DNA of 64,000 nt from an uncultured Bacilli bacterium (GCA_944332715.1 CALVKN010000068.1:79755-143754), one strand, 5' to 3'; counted from the stretch's first letter, positions 19,986-29,842 are shown. Notes: generated by a model from the letters alone, not told the origin. Numbers and translations are program-made.

Positions 19986-21266
19986 ATGAAGAAACTGCTT
20001 GCTCTGTTGCTTTGTCTGACCCTCGTGTTCGGGCTCGTGGCATGCACGACCGGCACGCCGTCCGGCGACGATGCGGATGCCAACGACACGGCGGCGCCGG
20101 TGACGGATGACAACGACGCGGATACGCCGGATGACGGCGACGCCGAAGCCGATCCCATCAAAGTAGGATTCATCTTCCTGCACGACGAAAACTCCACCTA
20201 TGACCTCAACTTCATCAACGCTGCCAATCAGGCCTGCTCCGAGCTGGGGCTGACGGAGGATCAGTACATCCTGCGCGTCAACGTCCCCGAGGGACAGGAG
20301 TGCTACGATGCGGCGGCGGAGCTCGTGGACGAGGGCTGCGACATCATCTTTGCCGACAGCTTCGGCCATGAGCCGTACATGCTCCAGGCGGCGCAGGAGT
20401 TCCCGGAGGTCCAGTTCTGCCACTCGACCGGCACGCGCGCCCACACCGAGGGCCTGGACAACTACCACAACGCGTTTGCTGACATCTATCAGGGCCGCTA
20501 CCTGGCCGGCATCGCGGCCGGCATGAAGCTCAACGAGATGATCGAGGCGGGCGAGTTCACCGCTGAGGAAGCCAAGATCGGCTACGTCGGCGCGTACACC
20601 TATGCGGAGGTCATCTCCGGCTACACCTCCTTCTTCCTCGGCGCTCGCTCCGTGTGCCCGACGGTCACGATGGAGGTCACCTTCACCAGCTCCTGGTACG
20701 ACGAGACGGCAGAGAAGGAAGGCGCGACGCTGCTCATCAACAACGGCTGCAAGCTCATCAGCCAGCACGCCGACTCCATGGGCGCGCCCACGGCCTGTGA
20801 GGAGGCCGGCGTGCCGAACGTGTCCTACAACGGCAGCACGATCGACGCCTGCCCGAACACGTTCATCATCTCCTCCCGCATCGACTGGACGCCGTACTAC
20901 AAGCTGGCCATCGAGGCCGTCATGAACGGCGAAGCGATCCCGGCCGACTGGTGCGGCGGCATTGAAGAGGGCTCGGTCGTGCTGACCGAGGTCAACGAGG
21001 CCGTGGCGGCCGAGGGCACCGCGGAGGCGATTGCGGAAGCCCAGGCCAAGCTGGTCGCGGGCGAACTCCACGTGTTCGACACCTCCACCTTCACCGTGGA
21101 CGGCAAGACGCTGACCAGCTACATGGCCGACGTCGATACGGACGACGCCTACACCCCGGACACCGAGGTCATCAGCGACGGTTACTTCCACGAGTCCGAG
21201 TACCGCAGCGCGCCGTACTTCGATCTGCGCATCGACGGCATCACGCTGCTCGACGAAGCCTTCTAA
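19986..21266 (+). CDS. BMP-family (PnrA/Med-like) ABC transporter substrate-binding lipoprotein, probably for nucleosides/purines
   Basis: Signal peptide with lipobox MKKLLALLLCLTLVFGLVAC, an acidic linker, then a BMP-family core (KVGFIFLHDENSTYDLNF...). RBS is aaggaggt. Confidence 0.85.
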   Translation: MKKLLALLLCLTLVFGLVACTTGTPSGDDADANDTAAPVTDDNDADTPDDGDAEADPIKVGFIFLHDENSTYDLNFINAANQACSELGLTEDQYILRVNVPEGQECYDAAAELVDEGCDIIFADSFGHEPYMLQAAQEFPEVQFCHSTGTRAHTEGLDNYHNAFADIYQGRYLAGIAAGMKLNEMIEAGEFTAEEAKIGYVGAYTYAEVISGYTSFFLGARSVCPTVTMEVTFTSSWYDETAEKEGATLLINNGCKLISQHADSMGAPTACEEAGVPNVSYNGSTIDACPNTFIISSRIDWTPYYKLAIEAVMNGEAIPADWCGGIEEGSVVLTEVNEAVAAEGTAEAIAEAQAKLVAGELHVFDTSTFTVDGKTLTSYMADVDTDDAYTPDTEVISDGYFHESEYRSAPYFDLRIDGITLLDEAF

Positions 21267-21413
21267 TCGACGTCAAGCGGAAGCCCCGCCCTCATGGACG
21301 GGGCTTCCCCCCATTCCTGCTTCCGCCGGAGGGGGCGGCGCAGCGGCTCGCACCCCTGCGCCGCCCCGTTCGGCGGAGCCCTTGCCGAACCCCTGGATAG
21401 AGGAGGGAAGTCA

Positions 21414-22952
21414 TTGGAAACGAAGATCCCAGCGGTGCGCATGCGCAACATCACCAAGACCTTTGGCCGCGTTACGGCGAACGACAGCGTAGACCTCGAC
21501 ATCTACCGCGGCGAGATCCTGTCGCTGCTCGGGGAGAACGGCAGTGGCAAGACCACGCTCATGAACATGCTCTCGGGCATCTATTTCCCGGATGAGGGCG
21601 AAATCGAGGTGGACGGGCGCAAGGTGTCCATCGGAAGCCCGAAGGACGCGTTCGACCTCGGCATCGGCATGATCCACCAGCACTTCAAGCTCGTGGACGT
21701 GCTGACCGCGGCGGAGAACATCATCCTGGGCCTGCCGGGCAGGCAGGTGCTGGACCTCAAGGCCGTCGCCGCGCGCATCCGGGAGATCTGCGATGCCTAC
21801 GGCTTTGAGGTGGACCCGAACCAGAAGATCTACAACATGTCCGTCTCGCAAAAGCAGACGGTCGAGATCGTCAAGGTGCTCTACCGCGGCGCGGACATCC
21901 TGATCCTCGACGAGCCGACCGCCGTGCTCACGCTGCAGGAGACGGAAAAGCTCTTTGCCGTGCTGCGCAACATGCGCGACGCGGGCAAGGCCATCGTGCT
22001 CATCACGCACAAGCTCAACGAGGTGGAGGAGCTGTCCGACCGCGTGGTCGTGCTGCGGCATGGCAAGTTCGTGGGCGACCTCGTTACGCGCGAGACGAAC
22101 GCGCAGGAGATGACCAACATGATGGTCGGCCGCCAGGTCACGCTCAACATCGCCCGGCCGGACCCGGTGGACCCGAAGCCGCGCCTGCGCGTGGAGGGGC
22201 TGACCGTGCGCAGCAGCGACGGGGTGCTCAAGCTCGAGGACGTATCGTTTACGGCCAACAGCGGCGAGATCCTCGGCATCGCGGGCATCTCCGGCAGCGG
22301 GCAGAAGGAGCTGCTCGAGGCCATCGCCGGCCTGCAGACGGCGGAAAAGGGCAGCATCCGCTACATCGACGACGACGGCGCGGAGAGCGAGCTGCTCGGG
22401 TGCGACCCGTTGGCCATCCAGCAAAAGGGCGTGCTGCTCTCGTTCGTGCCGGAGGACCGGCTGGGCATGGGCCTTGCCGCCAGCATGGACCTGGCGGACA
22501 ACATGATGCTGCGCTCGTTCCGCAGCGGCCGCGGCATGTTCACCGACCGCAAGAGCCCGCGCGCGCTGGCGCGGCGCGTCGTGGAGGAGCTGGACGTGGT
22601 GACGCCGGGCATCTTCACGCCGGTGCGCCGCCTCTCCGGCGGCAACGTGCAGAAGGTGCTCGTCGGGCGCGAGATCTCGTCCGCGCCGGCGGTGCTGCTG
22701 ACGGCGTACGCGGTGCGCGGGCTGGACATCAACTCCTCCTACACCATCTACGATCTTGTGAACCGGCAAAAGCAGAGAGGTGTGGCCGTGATCTTTGTCG
22801 GCGAGGACCTTGACGTGCTGCTGGAGCTGTCCGACCGCATCCTCGTGCTGTGCGGCGGCAGGGTCAGCGGCGTCGTGCCCGGCCGCGGCGCGGACAAGCG
22901 CAGCGTCGGCATGATGATGACCCGCCTAGGAGGTGAGAATGCCCATGCGTAA
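21414..22952 (+). CDS. ABC transporter ATP-binding protein with duplicated ATPase domains
   Basis: Walker A motifs are GENGSGKTT and GISGSGQKE; signature motifs are MSVSQKQ and LSGGNVQK. The start is uncertain: TTG at 21414 after aggaggg, or alternatively ATG at 21441. Confidence 0.88.
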   Translation: METKIPAVRMRNITKTFGRVTANDSVDLDIYRGEILSLLGENGSGKTTLMNMLSGIYFPDEGEIEVDGRKVSIGSPKDAFDLGIGMIHQHFKLVDVLTAAENIILGLPGRQVLDLKAVAARIREICDAYGFEVDPNQKIYNMSVSQKQTVEIVKVLYRGADILILDEPTAVLTLQETEKLFAVLRNMRDAGKAIVLITHKLNEVEELSDRVVVLRHGKFVGDLVTRETNAQEMTNMMVGRQVTLNIARPDPVDPKPRLRVEGLTVRSSDGVLKLEDVSFTANSGEILGIAGISGSGQKELLEAIAGLQTAEKGSIRYIDDDGAESELLGCDPLAIQQKGVLLSFVPEDRLGMGLAASMDLADNMMLRSFRSGRGMFTDRKSPRALARRVVEELDVVTPGIFTPVRRLSGGNVQKVLVGREISSAPAVLLTAYAVRGLDINSSYTIYDLVNRQKQRGVAVIFVGEDLDVLLELSDRILVLCGGRVSGVVPGRGADKRSVGMMMTRLGGENAHA

Positions 22953-24066
22953 AGCGAACCGGGCCCCCCTGTTCCATATCGCCAAGCGCGCGGCGCTGCC
23001 CTGGCAGAAGGCCTGGGCCATCCGCGGCGTCGCGCTGGTGCTGGCGCTGATCGTCTGCGCGCTCATCACCACGCTGCTCACCGGTGAGAACCCCATCGAC
23101 ATCTACGCCGCCATCCTCGACGGCGGCTTCGGCACGGCGCGCAAGACGTGGGTGCTGTTCCAGAACCTGGCGGTGCTGCTGTGCATCTCGCTGGCGGTGA
23201 CGCCGGCGTTCAAGATGCGCTTTTGGAACATCGGCGCCGAGGGGCAGGTGCTCGCCGGCGCGCTGGCGTGCGCGGCGTGCATGATCTGCCTGCGGAACGT
23301 GCTGCCCAACTGGGCGATCATCCTCTGCATGATCGTGTCGAGCATCGCCGCCGGCGCGGTCTGGGCGGCGATCCCCGGCTTTTTCAAGGCCCACTGGAAC
23401 ACGAACGAGACGCTCTTCACGCTGATGATGAACTACATCGCTACACAGCTGGTCGCCTACTTCGTCATCCTGTGGGAGGTGCCCAAGGGCGCCGGCAAGA
23501 TCGGCATCATCAACCAGACCTCGCAGGCGGGCTGGCTGCCGCAGATCGGCGAATACCGCTACCTGCTCACCATCGTCGTCGTGGCGGTGCTGACGGTGCT
23601 GCTCTACATCTACCTCAACTACAGCAAGCACGGCTATGAGATCGCCGTCGTCGGCGAGAGCGAGCGCACGGCGCGCTATGTGGGCATCAACGTAAAGCGC
23701 GTCATCGTGCGCACGATGCTGCTCTCCGGCGCCATCTGCGGCGTGGCGGGCCTGCTGCTGGTCGGCAGCACGGAGCACACGCTCACCACCACCATCGCCG
23801 ACGGGCGCGGCTTTACGGCGGTCATGGTTTCGTGGCTGGCCAAGTTCAACCCGATCTTCATGATCTTTACGAGCTTCCTGCTCGTGCTGCTCGGCCGCGG
23901 CGCAAGCGAGATCTCCACGGACTTTGGCCTCAACCAGTCGTTTGCCGACATCCTGACGGGCGTGATCCTGTTCTTCATCATCGGCAGCGAGTTCTTCATC
24001 AACTATCAAATCCATTTCCGCCGGGCCGCAAAGCCTGCGCAGAAGGAGGGCGTCGCCCATGTTTGA
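22939..24066 (+). CDS. ABC transporter permease (BMP/ribose-type family)
   Basis: Polytopic membrane protein. ATG at 22939 follows a taggagg RBS and overlaps the end of the ATPase gene. Confidence 0.85.
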   Translation: MPMRKANRAPLFHIAKRAALPWQKAWAIRGVALVLALIVCALITTLLTGENPIDIYAAILDGGFGTARKTWVLFQNLAVLLCISLAVTPAFKMRFWNIGAEGQVLAGALACAACMICLRNVLPNWAIILCMIVSSIAAGAVWAAIPGFFKAHWNTNETLFTLMMNYIATQLVAYFVILWEVPKGAGKIGIINQTSQAGWLPQIGEYRYLLTIVVVAVLTVLLYIYLNYSKHGYEIAVVGESERTARYVGINVKRVIVRTMLLSGAICGVAGLLLVGSTEHTLTTTIADGRGFTAVMVSWLAKFNPIFMIFTSFLLVLLGRGASEISTDFGLNQSFADILTGVILFFIIGSEFFINYQIHFRRAAKPAQKEGVAHV

Positions 24067-25051
24067 TTTCATCACATTTTTCCCGCGTGCAGTGATGCAG
24101 GGTATCCCGCTGCTGTTCGGCAGCACGGGCGAGACGTTGACGGAGAAATCCGGCAACCTGAACCTCGGCATCCCGGGCGTGATGTACGTGGGCGCCATCT
24201 GCGGCGTGATCGGCTCGTTCTTCTATGAGCACGGCGTCGGCGCGGAGAACATGACGGCGTTCCTGGCCATCGGCATCCCGCTGGTGTGTTCGCTGCTCGG
24301 CTCGTTGCTGATGGGCCTGCTGTACTGCTTTTTGACGGTCACGCTGCGCGCCAACCAGAATGTCATGGGCCTTGCGCTGACGACGTTTGGCGTGGGCGTG
24401 GGCAACTTCTTCGGCGGTTCGCTCATCAAGCTGACCGGCAGCGAGGTGCCGTCCATCGCGCTGTCCGGCACGAGCATCTACTTTTCCAAGTCGCTGCCGT
24501 TTGCCGCCGACTGCGGCGTGTTCGGGCAGCTGTTCCTCTCATACGGCTTCCTCGCCTATGTGGCGATCATCATCGCGCTCATCTGTTCCTATGTGCTCAA
24601 GCGCACGCGCGTGGGCCTGCAGCTGCGCGCCGTGGGCGAGAGCCCGGCCACGGCGGATGCGGCCGGCATCAACGTCAACCGGTATAAATACGTGGCCACC
24701 TGTGTGGGCAGCATGATCGCAGGGCTTGGCGGGCTCTACTACATCATGGATTACGCCAGCGGCGTGTGGTCGAACAACGCCTTTGGCGACCGCGGCTGGC
24801 TGGCCATCGCGCTGGTCATCTTCACGATCTGGCGGCCGAACGTGAGCATCCCCTCGTCCATCCTGTTCGGCGGGCTGTACATCCTGTATCTGTCGTTGCC
24901 GACGGGCGGGAACTTTGCGGTGAAGGAGCTGCTCAAGATGATCCCCTACGTCGCGACGGTCATCGTGCTCATCGCGGTGTCGCTGCGCCGCCGCCGCGAG
25001 GATCAGCCGCCGGAGAGCCTGGGCCTGCCGTATTTCCGAGAAGAGCGGTAG
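24059..25051 (+). CDS. ABC transporter permease (second membrane subunit)
   Basis: 330-aa polytopic protein. It overlaps the upstream permease gene by 8 nt. Confidence 0.85.
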   Translation: MFDFITFFPRAVMQGIPLLFGSTGETLTEKSGNLNLGIPGVMYVGAICGVIGSFFYEHGVGAENMTAFLAIGIPLVCSLLGSLLMGLLYCFLTVTLRANQNVMGLALTTFGVGVGNFFGGSLIKLTGSEVPSIALSGTSIYFSKSLPFAADCGVFGQLFLSYGFLAYVAIIIALICSYVLKRTRVGLQLRAVGESPATADAAGINVNRYKYVATCVGSMIAGLGGLYYIMDYASGVWSNNAFGDRGWLAIALVIFTIWRPNVSIPSSILFGGLYILYLSLPTGGNFAVKELLKMIPYVATVIVLIAVSLRRRREDQPPESLGLPYFREER

Positions 25052-25080
25052 CAGGACGGCACACAAACCATACGGCGTGC

Positions 25081-25104
25081 GAAAGGGCGTTCCCGCGCCC
25101 TTTC
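25081..25104 (+). terminator. Weak stem-loop after the transporter operon
   Basis: gaaagggcg / cgccctttc with a 6-nt loop and no clear T tract. Confidence 0.3.
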
Positions 25105-25182
25105 CGGCTATGGGAATAGCGGGAAATATCGACTATGATGCCACGGGAACCTGGCTTCCCGGGCGCTGAAAAGGAGGTTCAT

Positions 25183-26274
25183 ATGATGGATTACGGTCGT
25201 ACGTACAATTTTTCTGCCGGTCCCTCCATGCTGCCGCAGCAGGTGCTGGAGGAATGTCGGGACGAGATGCTCAATTACCGCGGCAGCGGCATGAGCGTCA
25301 TGGAGATGTCGCACCGTTCAAAGGCGTTCCAGACCATCGTCGACGAGGCGGAGGCGGATCTGCGATCGCTCATGGGGATTCCGGATAATTACAAGGTGCT
25401 GTTCGTACAGGGCGGCGCCACGCTGCAGTTTTCCATGATCCCGATGAACCTGATGCCAAACGGCGTGGCGGACTACATCGTTTCCGGCGCCTGGTCGAAG
25501 AAGGCCTATGCCGAGGCGAAGAAATTCGGCAAGATCAACCTGCTGGCCACCAGCGAGGATCGCAACTACAGCTACATTCCCGATGGGCGCGACCTGCCGG
25601 TGGACCCGGCTGCGGACTACGTCTATATCTGTGAGAACGAAACGATTCACGGCACGACCTATCAGCAGCTGCCGGATACCAAGGGCAAGGTGCTCGTGTC
25701 CGACCAGTCCAGCATGTTCCTGTCCAAGCCGTGCAACGTGGCGGACTACGGCGTGATCTATGGCGGCGTGCAGAAGAACATCGGCCCGGCCGGCATGGCG
25801 ATCGTCATCATCCGGGAGGACCTGATCCGCGAGGACGTGGACGCGAAGACGCCCGTGTATCTCAAGTACAGCACGCACGCCGACAACGGCTCCATGTACA
25901 ACACGCCCAACTGCTGGTGCATCTACGTATGCGGCAAGGTGTTCAAATACCTGAAGTCGATCGGCGGCCTGGCGGAAATGGACCGGCGGAACCGGGAAAA
26001 GGCCGCCATCCTGTACGATTTTCTCGACGGCAGCGCCATGTTCCACGGCACCGTGGAAAAGCCGTTCCGCTCGCTGATGAACGTGCCGTTCGTCACGGCC
26101 AGCAAGGAGCTGGATGCGGAGGTCGTCGCCGCGAGCAAGGCGGCCGGGTTTGACAACCTCAAGGGGCACAAGAGCGTCGGCGGCCTGCGCGCCTCGATCT
26201 ACAACGCCATGCCCAAGGAGGGCGTGGAGGCGCTGGTCGCGTTTTTGAAGGACTATGAGGCCAAACACGCATAA
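25183..26274 (+). CDS. serC: Phosphoserine aminotransferase
   Basis: Start MMDYGRTYNFSAGPSMLP after an aaggagg RBS. The class-V aminotransferase PLP-lysine region is GGVQKNIGPAG. Confidence 0.93.
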   Translation: MMDYGRTYNFSAGPSMLPQQVLEECRDEMLNYRGSGMSVMEMSHRSKAFQTIVDEAEADLRSLMGIPDNYKVLFVQGGATLQFSMIPMNLMPNGVADYIVSGAWSKKAYAEAKKFGKINLLATSEDRNYSYIPDGRDLPVDPAADYVYICENETIHGTTYQQLPDTKGKVLVSDQSSMFLSKPCNVADYGVIYGGVQKNIGPAGMAIVIIREDLIREDVDAKTPVYLKYSTHADNGSMYNTPNCWCIYVCGKVFKYLKSIGGLAEMDRRNREKAAILYDFLDGSAMFHGTVEKPFRSLMNVPFVTASKELDAEVVAASKAAGFDNLKGHKSVGGLRASIYNAMPKEGVEALVAFLKDYEAKHA

Positions 26275-26286
26275 GGAGGGGACGAT

Positions 26287-27201
26287 ATGATCCGCATTTT
26301 GGCATCCGACGGCATGGAGAAGGGCGCGATCGCCGCGCTGGAGCAGAAGGGCTGTGAGGTGGTCTGCCGGTTTTATGATCCGGAGGCGCTCAAGGAAGCA
26401 GTGAAGGAGTTTGACGCGCTCGTGGTGCGCTCTGCGACCAAGGTGCGCGTGCCGCACATCGACGCGGCGTGCGAGGCCGGCCGCCTGCGCATCATCATCC
26501 GCGGCGGCGTCGGCGTGGACAATATCGACGTGAAGTACGCCGAGGAGAAGGGCCTCATCGTGCGCAACACACCCTGTGCCAGTTCGGATGCCGTGGCAGA
26601 GCTGGCGCTCGGGCACATGTTCTCCGTTGCGCGGTATATCTCTGCGGCGGGGCACAGCATGCGCGAGGGCGGCTGGGAGAAGAAAGCATACAAGGGCATT
26701 GAAATCACGGGCCGCACGGTGGGCATTGTGGGCTATGGCCGTATCGGCCAGGCGCTGGGCCGCCGCTGCCAGGCGCTGGGCATGAGCGTGCTCGCTTATG
26801 ACGTGTATCGCAATCCGAGCCTGGAGTGCGAAACCATGCGCTATGTGGAGCTCGAGGAACTGCTCGCGCTGTCGGATATCATCTCGCTGCACGTGCCGTC
26901 GCTGCCGGGCCAGCCGCTCGTCAATGCGGACACCATTGCGCAGATGAAAGACGGCGTGATTCTGATCAACACGTCCCGCGGCAACAACGTCGATGAAGAT
27001 GCGCTGCTGGCCGCGCTCGAGTCCGGCAAGGTATATGGCGCGGGGCTGGACGTGTTTGCAGAGGAGCCGCCGAAAAACGCGGCGCTGCTCAACCATCCGC
27101 GGGTTTCCGCAACGCCGCACATCGGCGCATCCACCGTGGAGGCGCAAAAGCGGATCGGCGCGGAGATCGTGGAGATCCTGACCGAAACGTTCTCGCTGTA
27201 A
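26287..27201 (+). CDS. serA: D-3-phosphoglycerate dehydrogenase, short form without an ACT domain
   Basis: 304 aa. NAD-binding motif GRTVGIVGYGRIGQAL, a 2-hydroxyacid dehydrogenase catalytic region, and a position directly after serC. Confidence 0.88.
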   Translation: MIRILASDGMEKGAIAALEQKGCEVVCRFYDPEALKEAVKEFDALVVRSATKVRVPHIDAACEAGRLRIIIRGGVGVDNIDVKYAEEKGLIVRNTPCASSDAVAELALGHMFSVARYISAAGHSMREGGWEKKAYKGIEITGRTVGIVGYGRIGQALGRRCQALGMSVLAYDVYRNPSLECETMRYVELEELLALSDIISLHVPSLPGQPLVNADTIAQMKDGVILINTSRGNNVDEDALLAALESGKVYGAGLDVFAEEPPKNAALLNHPRVSATPHIGASTVEAQKRIGAEIVEILTETFSL

Positions 27202-27220
27202 TCCGGCGCATCGCGCAGCC

Positions 27221-27272
27221 AACGCACCGAAAAAGCGCCCCCCTGATAGGGGGGGCGCTTTTTCGGTGCGTT
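27221..27272. terminator. Long perfect hairpin terminator after serA
   Basis: aacgcaccgaaaaagcgcccccc / ggggggcgctttttcggtgcgtt. The stem includes A/T runs on both sides, so it could act bidirectionally. Confidence 0.85.
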
Positions 27273-27282
27273 GGGGACAGAA

Positions 27283-27330
27283 CCACAAGATATTGTGTTT
27301 CAACTTGTTTCACGCTACAAATTGTTGTAC
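27283..27330. promoter_or_regulatory. Distal pair of NrdR-box-like palindromes (centres 32 bp apart)
   Basis: ccacaagatattgtgt (27283-27298) matches 14/16 to the remembered consensus acaCwAtATaTwGtgt. ctacaaattgttgtac (27315-27330) is a weaker 9/16 match. Confidence 0.45.
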
Positions 27331-27516
27331 AAAGCGAGAACAAATTATGAACTCTTTTTTAACAAAATTCATAACCATTCATTCCATACAGCATGTACCC
27401 GCCTTATCCACATGGCCAGTCTGTTGCAAAAAGGTGGGAAACCGCCCCAATTACAACACTTTTCCAGTTGCAAGGGAATTTTTTCCACTTCTTATCCACC
27501 GCATATCCACCGATTT

Positions 27517-27574
27517 TATCAAAATATGGTATGCAAATTCCGAGATTGACACAATATCTTGTATGCGATACACT
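27517..27574 (+). promoter_or_regulatory. nrdD promoter (TTGACA-17-TACACT) overlapped by a proximal pair of NrdR-box-like sites
   Basis: TTGACA at 27546-27551 and TACACT at 27569-27574. Box acacaatatcttgtat (27549-27564) matches 14/16 and box tatcaaaatatggtat (27517-27532) matches 10/16. Their centres are 32 bp apart. Confidence 0.55.
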
Positions 27575-27627
27575 ATCAAAGCACACAATGCGTGGAAAGC
27601 GCCAATAGATAGGGGAGGATGACAGGG

Positions 27628-29703
27628 ATGTTTACTGAGATCGTCAAGCGCGACGGAAGAACCGAGCCGTTCGATAAAAAGAAGATTCAAAACGCCATCT
27701 GGAAGGCCGCGCAGGCGGTCAACGGCACGGATGAGGCGCTGTCTGCGCGCCTGACGGACGAAGTCATCCGCCTGGCGGAGCTGCGCTATACCGACAAGGC
27801 GCCCGACGTCGAGGGCATCCAGGACATCGTGGAAAAGGTGCTCATCGAGGCGGGCCACGCCCGTACCGCGAAGGCCTACATCCTCTATCGCGAAAAGCGC
27901 CGCGGTACGCGCGAGATCAACGCGCTCATCGGCGCGACGATCGACATGTTCGGGGATTACCTCAACGACAAGGACTGGCAGATCAAGGAAAACTCCAACA
28001 TGCAAAAGAGCGTGAACGGGCTCAACAACTATGTCCGCGAGGCGTTCACGAAGAAATACTGGCTCTATGAGGTCTATCCGATCGACGTGTGCAAGGCGCA
28101 CGAGAGCGGCGACGTACACATCCATGACCTCGGGTTCTTTGGCCCGTACTGCGCGGGCTGGGATCTGCGCCAGCTGCTGTCGGAGGGCTTTGGCGGCGTG
28201 GAGGGCAAGGTGGAGTCCAAGCCTGCCAAGCACCTGCGCTCGTTCCTCGGCCAGATCGTGAACTCCACGTTCACCACGCAGGGCGAGACGGCCGGCGCAC
28301 AGGCCTGGAGCTCGTTCGACACGTATTGCGCGCCGTTCATCCGCTATGACAACATGGACTTCGACCAGGTGCGCCAGTGCCTGCAGGAGTTCGTGTTTAA
28401 CATCAACGTCCCGACGCGCGTGGGCTTCCAGTGCCCGTTCTCCAACCTGACGTTCGACATCAAGGTGCCCAAGACCCTGCGCGACGAGCCGGTCATCATC
28501 GGCGGCGAGTACAAGGACGCCACCTACGGCGAGTTCCAGGAGGAGATGGACCTGTTCAACCGTGCGTTCTGCGCCGTCATGCTCGAGGGCGACGCCAAGG
28601 GCCGCGTGTTCACCTTCCCGATCCCGACGATCAACATCACGAAGGATTTCGAGTGGGACAGCCCGGTCGTGGACGACTTCATGCGCATCACCTGCAAATA
28701 CGGCATCCCGTACTTTGCCAACTATATCAACTCCGACCTGTCGCCGGAGGACGCGGTGTCCATGTGCTGCCGGCTGCGCCTCGACAAGCGCGAGCTGCGC
28801 AAGCGCGGCGGCGGCCTGTTTGGCTCCAACCCGATGACCGGCTCGATCGGCGTATATACGATCAACCTGCCGCGCATCGGCTACCTGTCCAAGACGAAGG
28901 AAGAGTTCTTCGAGCGGCTGGCGCACCTGGCCACGCTCGGCAAGACGAGCCTCGAGATCAAGCGCAAGATCATCGAGCAGCAGACGGACCGCGGGCTGTA
29001 TCCGTATTCGGCGTTCTATCTGCGTAACGTCAAGGCACGCACGGGCGAATACTGGACGAACCACTTCAACACGATCGGCCTCGTCGGCATGAACGAGGCG
29101 TGCCTGAACTTCCTCGGCAAGGACATTGGCAGCCCGGAGGGCCTTGCGTTTGCGCTCGAAGTCATGCACTTCCTGCGCGACCTGATGATCCGCTTCCAGG
29201 AGGAGACGGGCCACAGCTACAACCTCGAGGCCACGCCGGCCGAGGGCACGAGCTATCGCCTGGCCAAGCTCGACAAGGCGCGCTATCCGGATATCATCCA
29301 GGCCGGCATCGACGAGCCGATGTACACCAACTCGTCGCAGCTGCCGGTCACCTATACGGACGACATCTTCGAGTGCTGCGATTTGCAGGATGAGCTGCAG
29401 TCGCTGTATACCGGCGGCACGGTGCAGCACCTGTATATCGGCGAGCGGATTGAGGACATCGAGACCTGCAAGAACCTGATCCGCACGGTGTTCGAGAAGT
29501 ACAAGATGCCGTACATCTCGATCACGCCGACCTTCTCGGTCTGCCACGAGCACGGCTATATCGCCGGCGAACACTTCACCTGCCCCGAGTGCGGGCGCGA
29601 GGCGGAGGTCTGGAGCCGCGTGGTGGGCTACCTGCGCCCGGTGCAGAACTACAACCCCGGCAAGCGGGAAGAGTACATGATGCGCCAGAAGTTCGTCATC
29701 TGA
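27628..29703 (+). CDS. nrdD: Anaerobic ribonucleoside-triphosphate reductase (class III)
   Basis: N-terminal ATP-cone (IVKRDGRTEPFDKKKI), a C-terminal Zn site (CHEHGY...CPECG) and the glycyl-radical motif RVVGYLRPV. The ATG at 27628 has better spacing from GGAGG than the ATG at 27619. Confidence 0.96.
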   Translation: MFTEIVKRDGRTEPFDKKKIQNAIWKAAQAVNGTDEALSARLTDEVIRLAELRYTDKAPDVEGIQDIVEKVLIEAGHARTAKAYILYREKRRGTREINALIGATIDMFGDYLNDKDWQIKENSNMQKSVNGLNNYVREAFTKKYWLYEVYPIDVCKAHESGDVHIHDLGFFGPYCAGWDLRQLLSEGFGGVEGKVESKPAKHLRSFLGQIVNSTFTTQGETAGAQAWSSFDTYCAPFIRYDNMDFDQVRQCLQEFVFNINVPTRVGFQCPFSNLTFDIKVPKTLRDEPVIIGGEYKDATYGEFQEEMDLFNRAFCAVMLEGDAKGRVFTFPIPTINITKDFEWDSPVVDDFMRITCKYGIPYFANYINSDLSPEDAVSMCCRLRLDKRELRKRGGGLFGSNPMTGSIGVYTINLPRIGYLSKTKEEFFERLAHLATLGKTSLEIKRKIIEQQTDRGLYPYSAFYLRNVKARTGEYWTNHFNTIGLVGMNEACLNFLGKDIGSPEGLAFALEVMHFLRDLMIRFQEETGHSYNLEATPAEGTSYRLAKLDKARYPDIIQAGIDEPMYTNSSQLPVTYTDDIFECCDLQDELQSLYTGGTVQHLYIGERIEDIETCKNLIRTVFEKYKMPYISITPTFSVCHEHGYIAGEHFTCPECGREAEVWSRVVGYLRPVQNYNPGKREEYMMRQKFVI

Positions 29704-29748
29704 GCGCAGGGGGCGCGCCGCAGCGGCGGCGCGCAGCAGGGCAAAGGA

Positions 29749-29790
29749 CGCGCACCGGCCCGCCAGCGGCGGCGGGTGCGCGTTTGTCTT
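29749..29790 (+). terminator. Intra-operon GC stem-loop followed by TTTGTCTT between nrdD and nrdG (possible attenuator)
   Basis: cgcgcacc (29749-29756) pairs with ggtgcgcg (29775-29782), with further inner pairs. A T-rich tail follows. Confidence 0.3.
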
Positions 29791-29842
29791 ACGGCCGCGC
29801 CCCGCCCCGGGGCGCACGGCCGGCGAAGGGGGGAGAGGGCAT

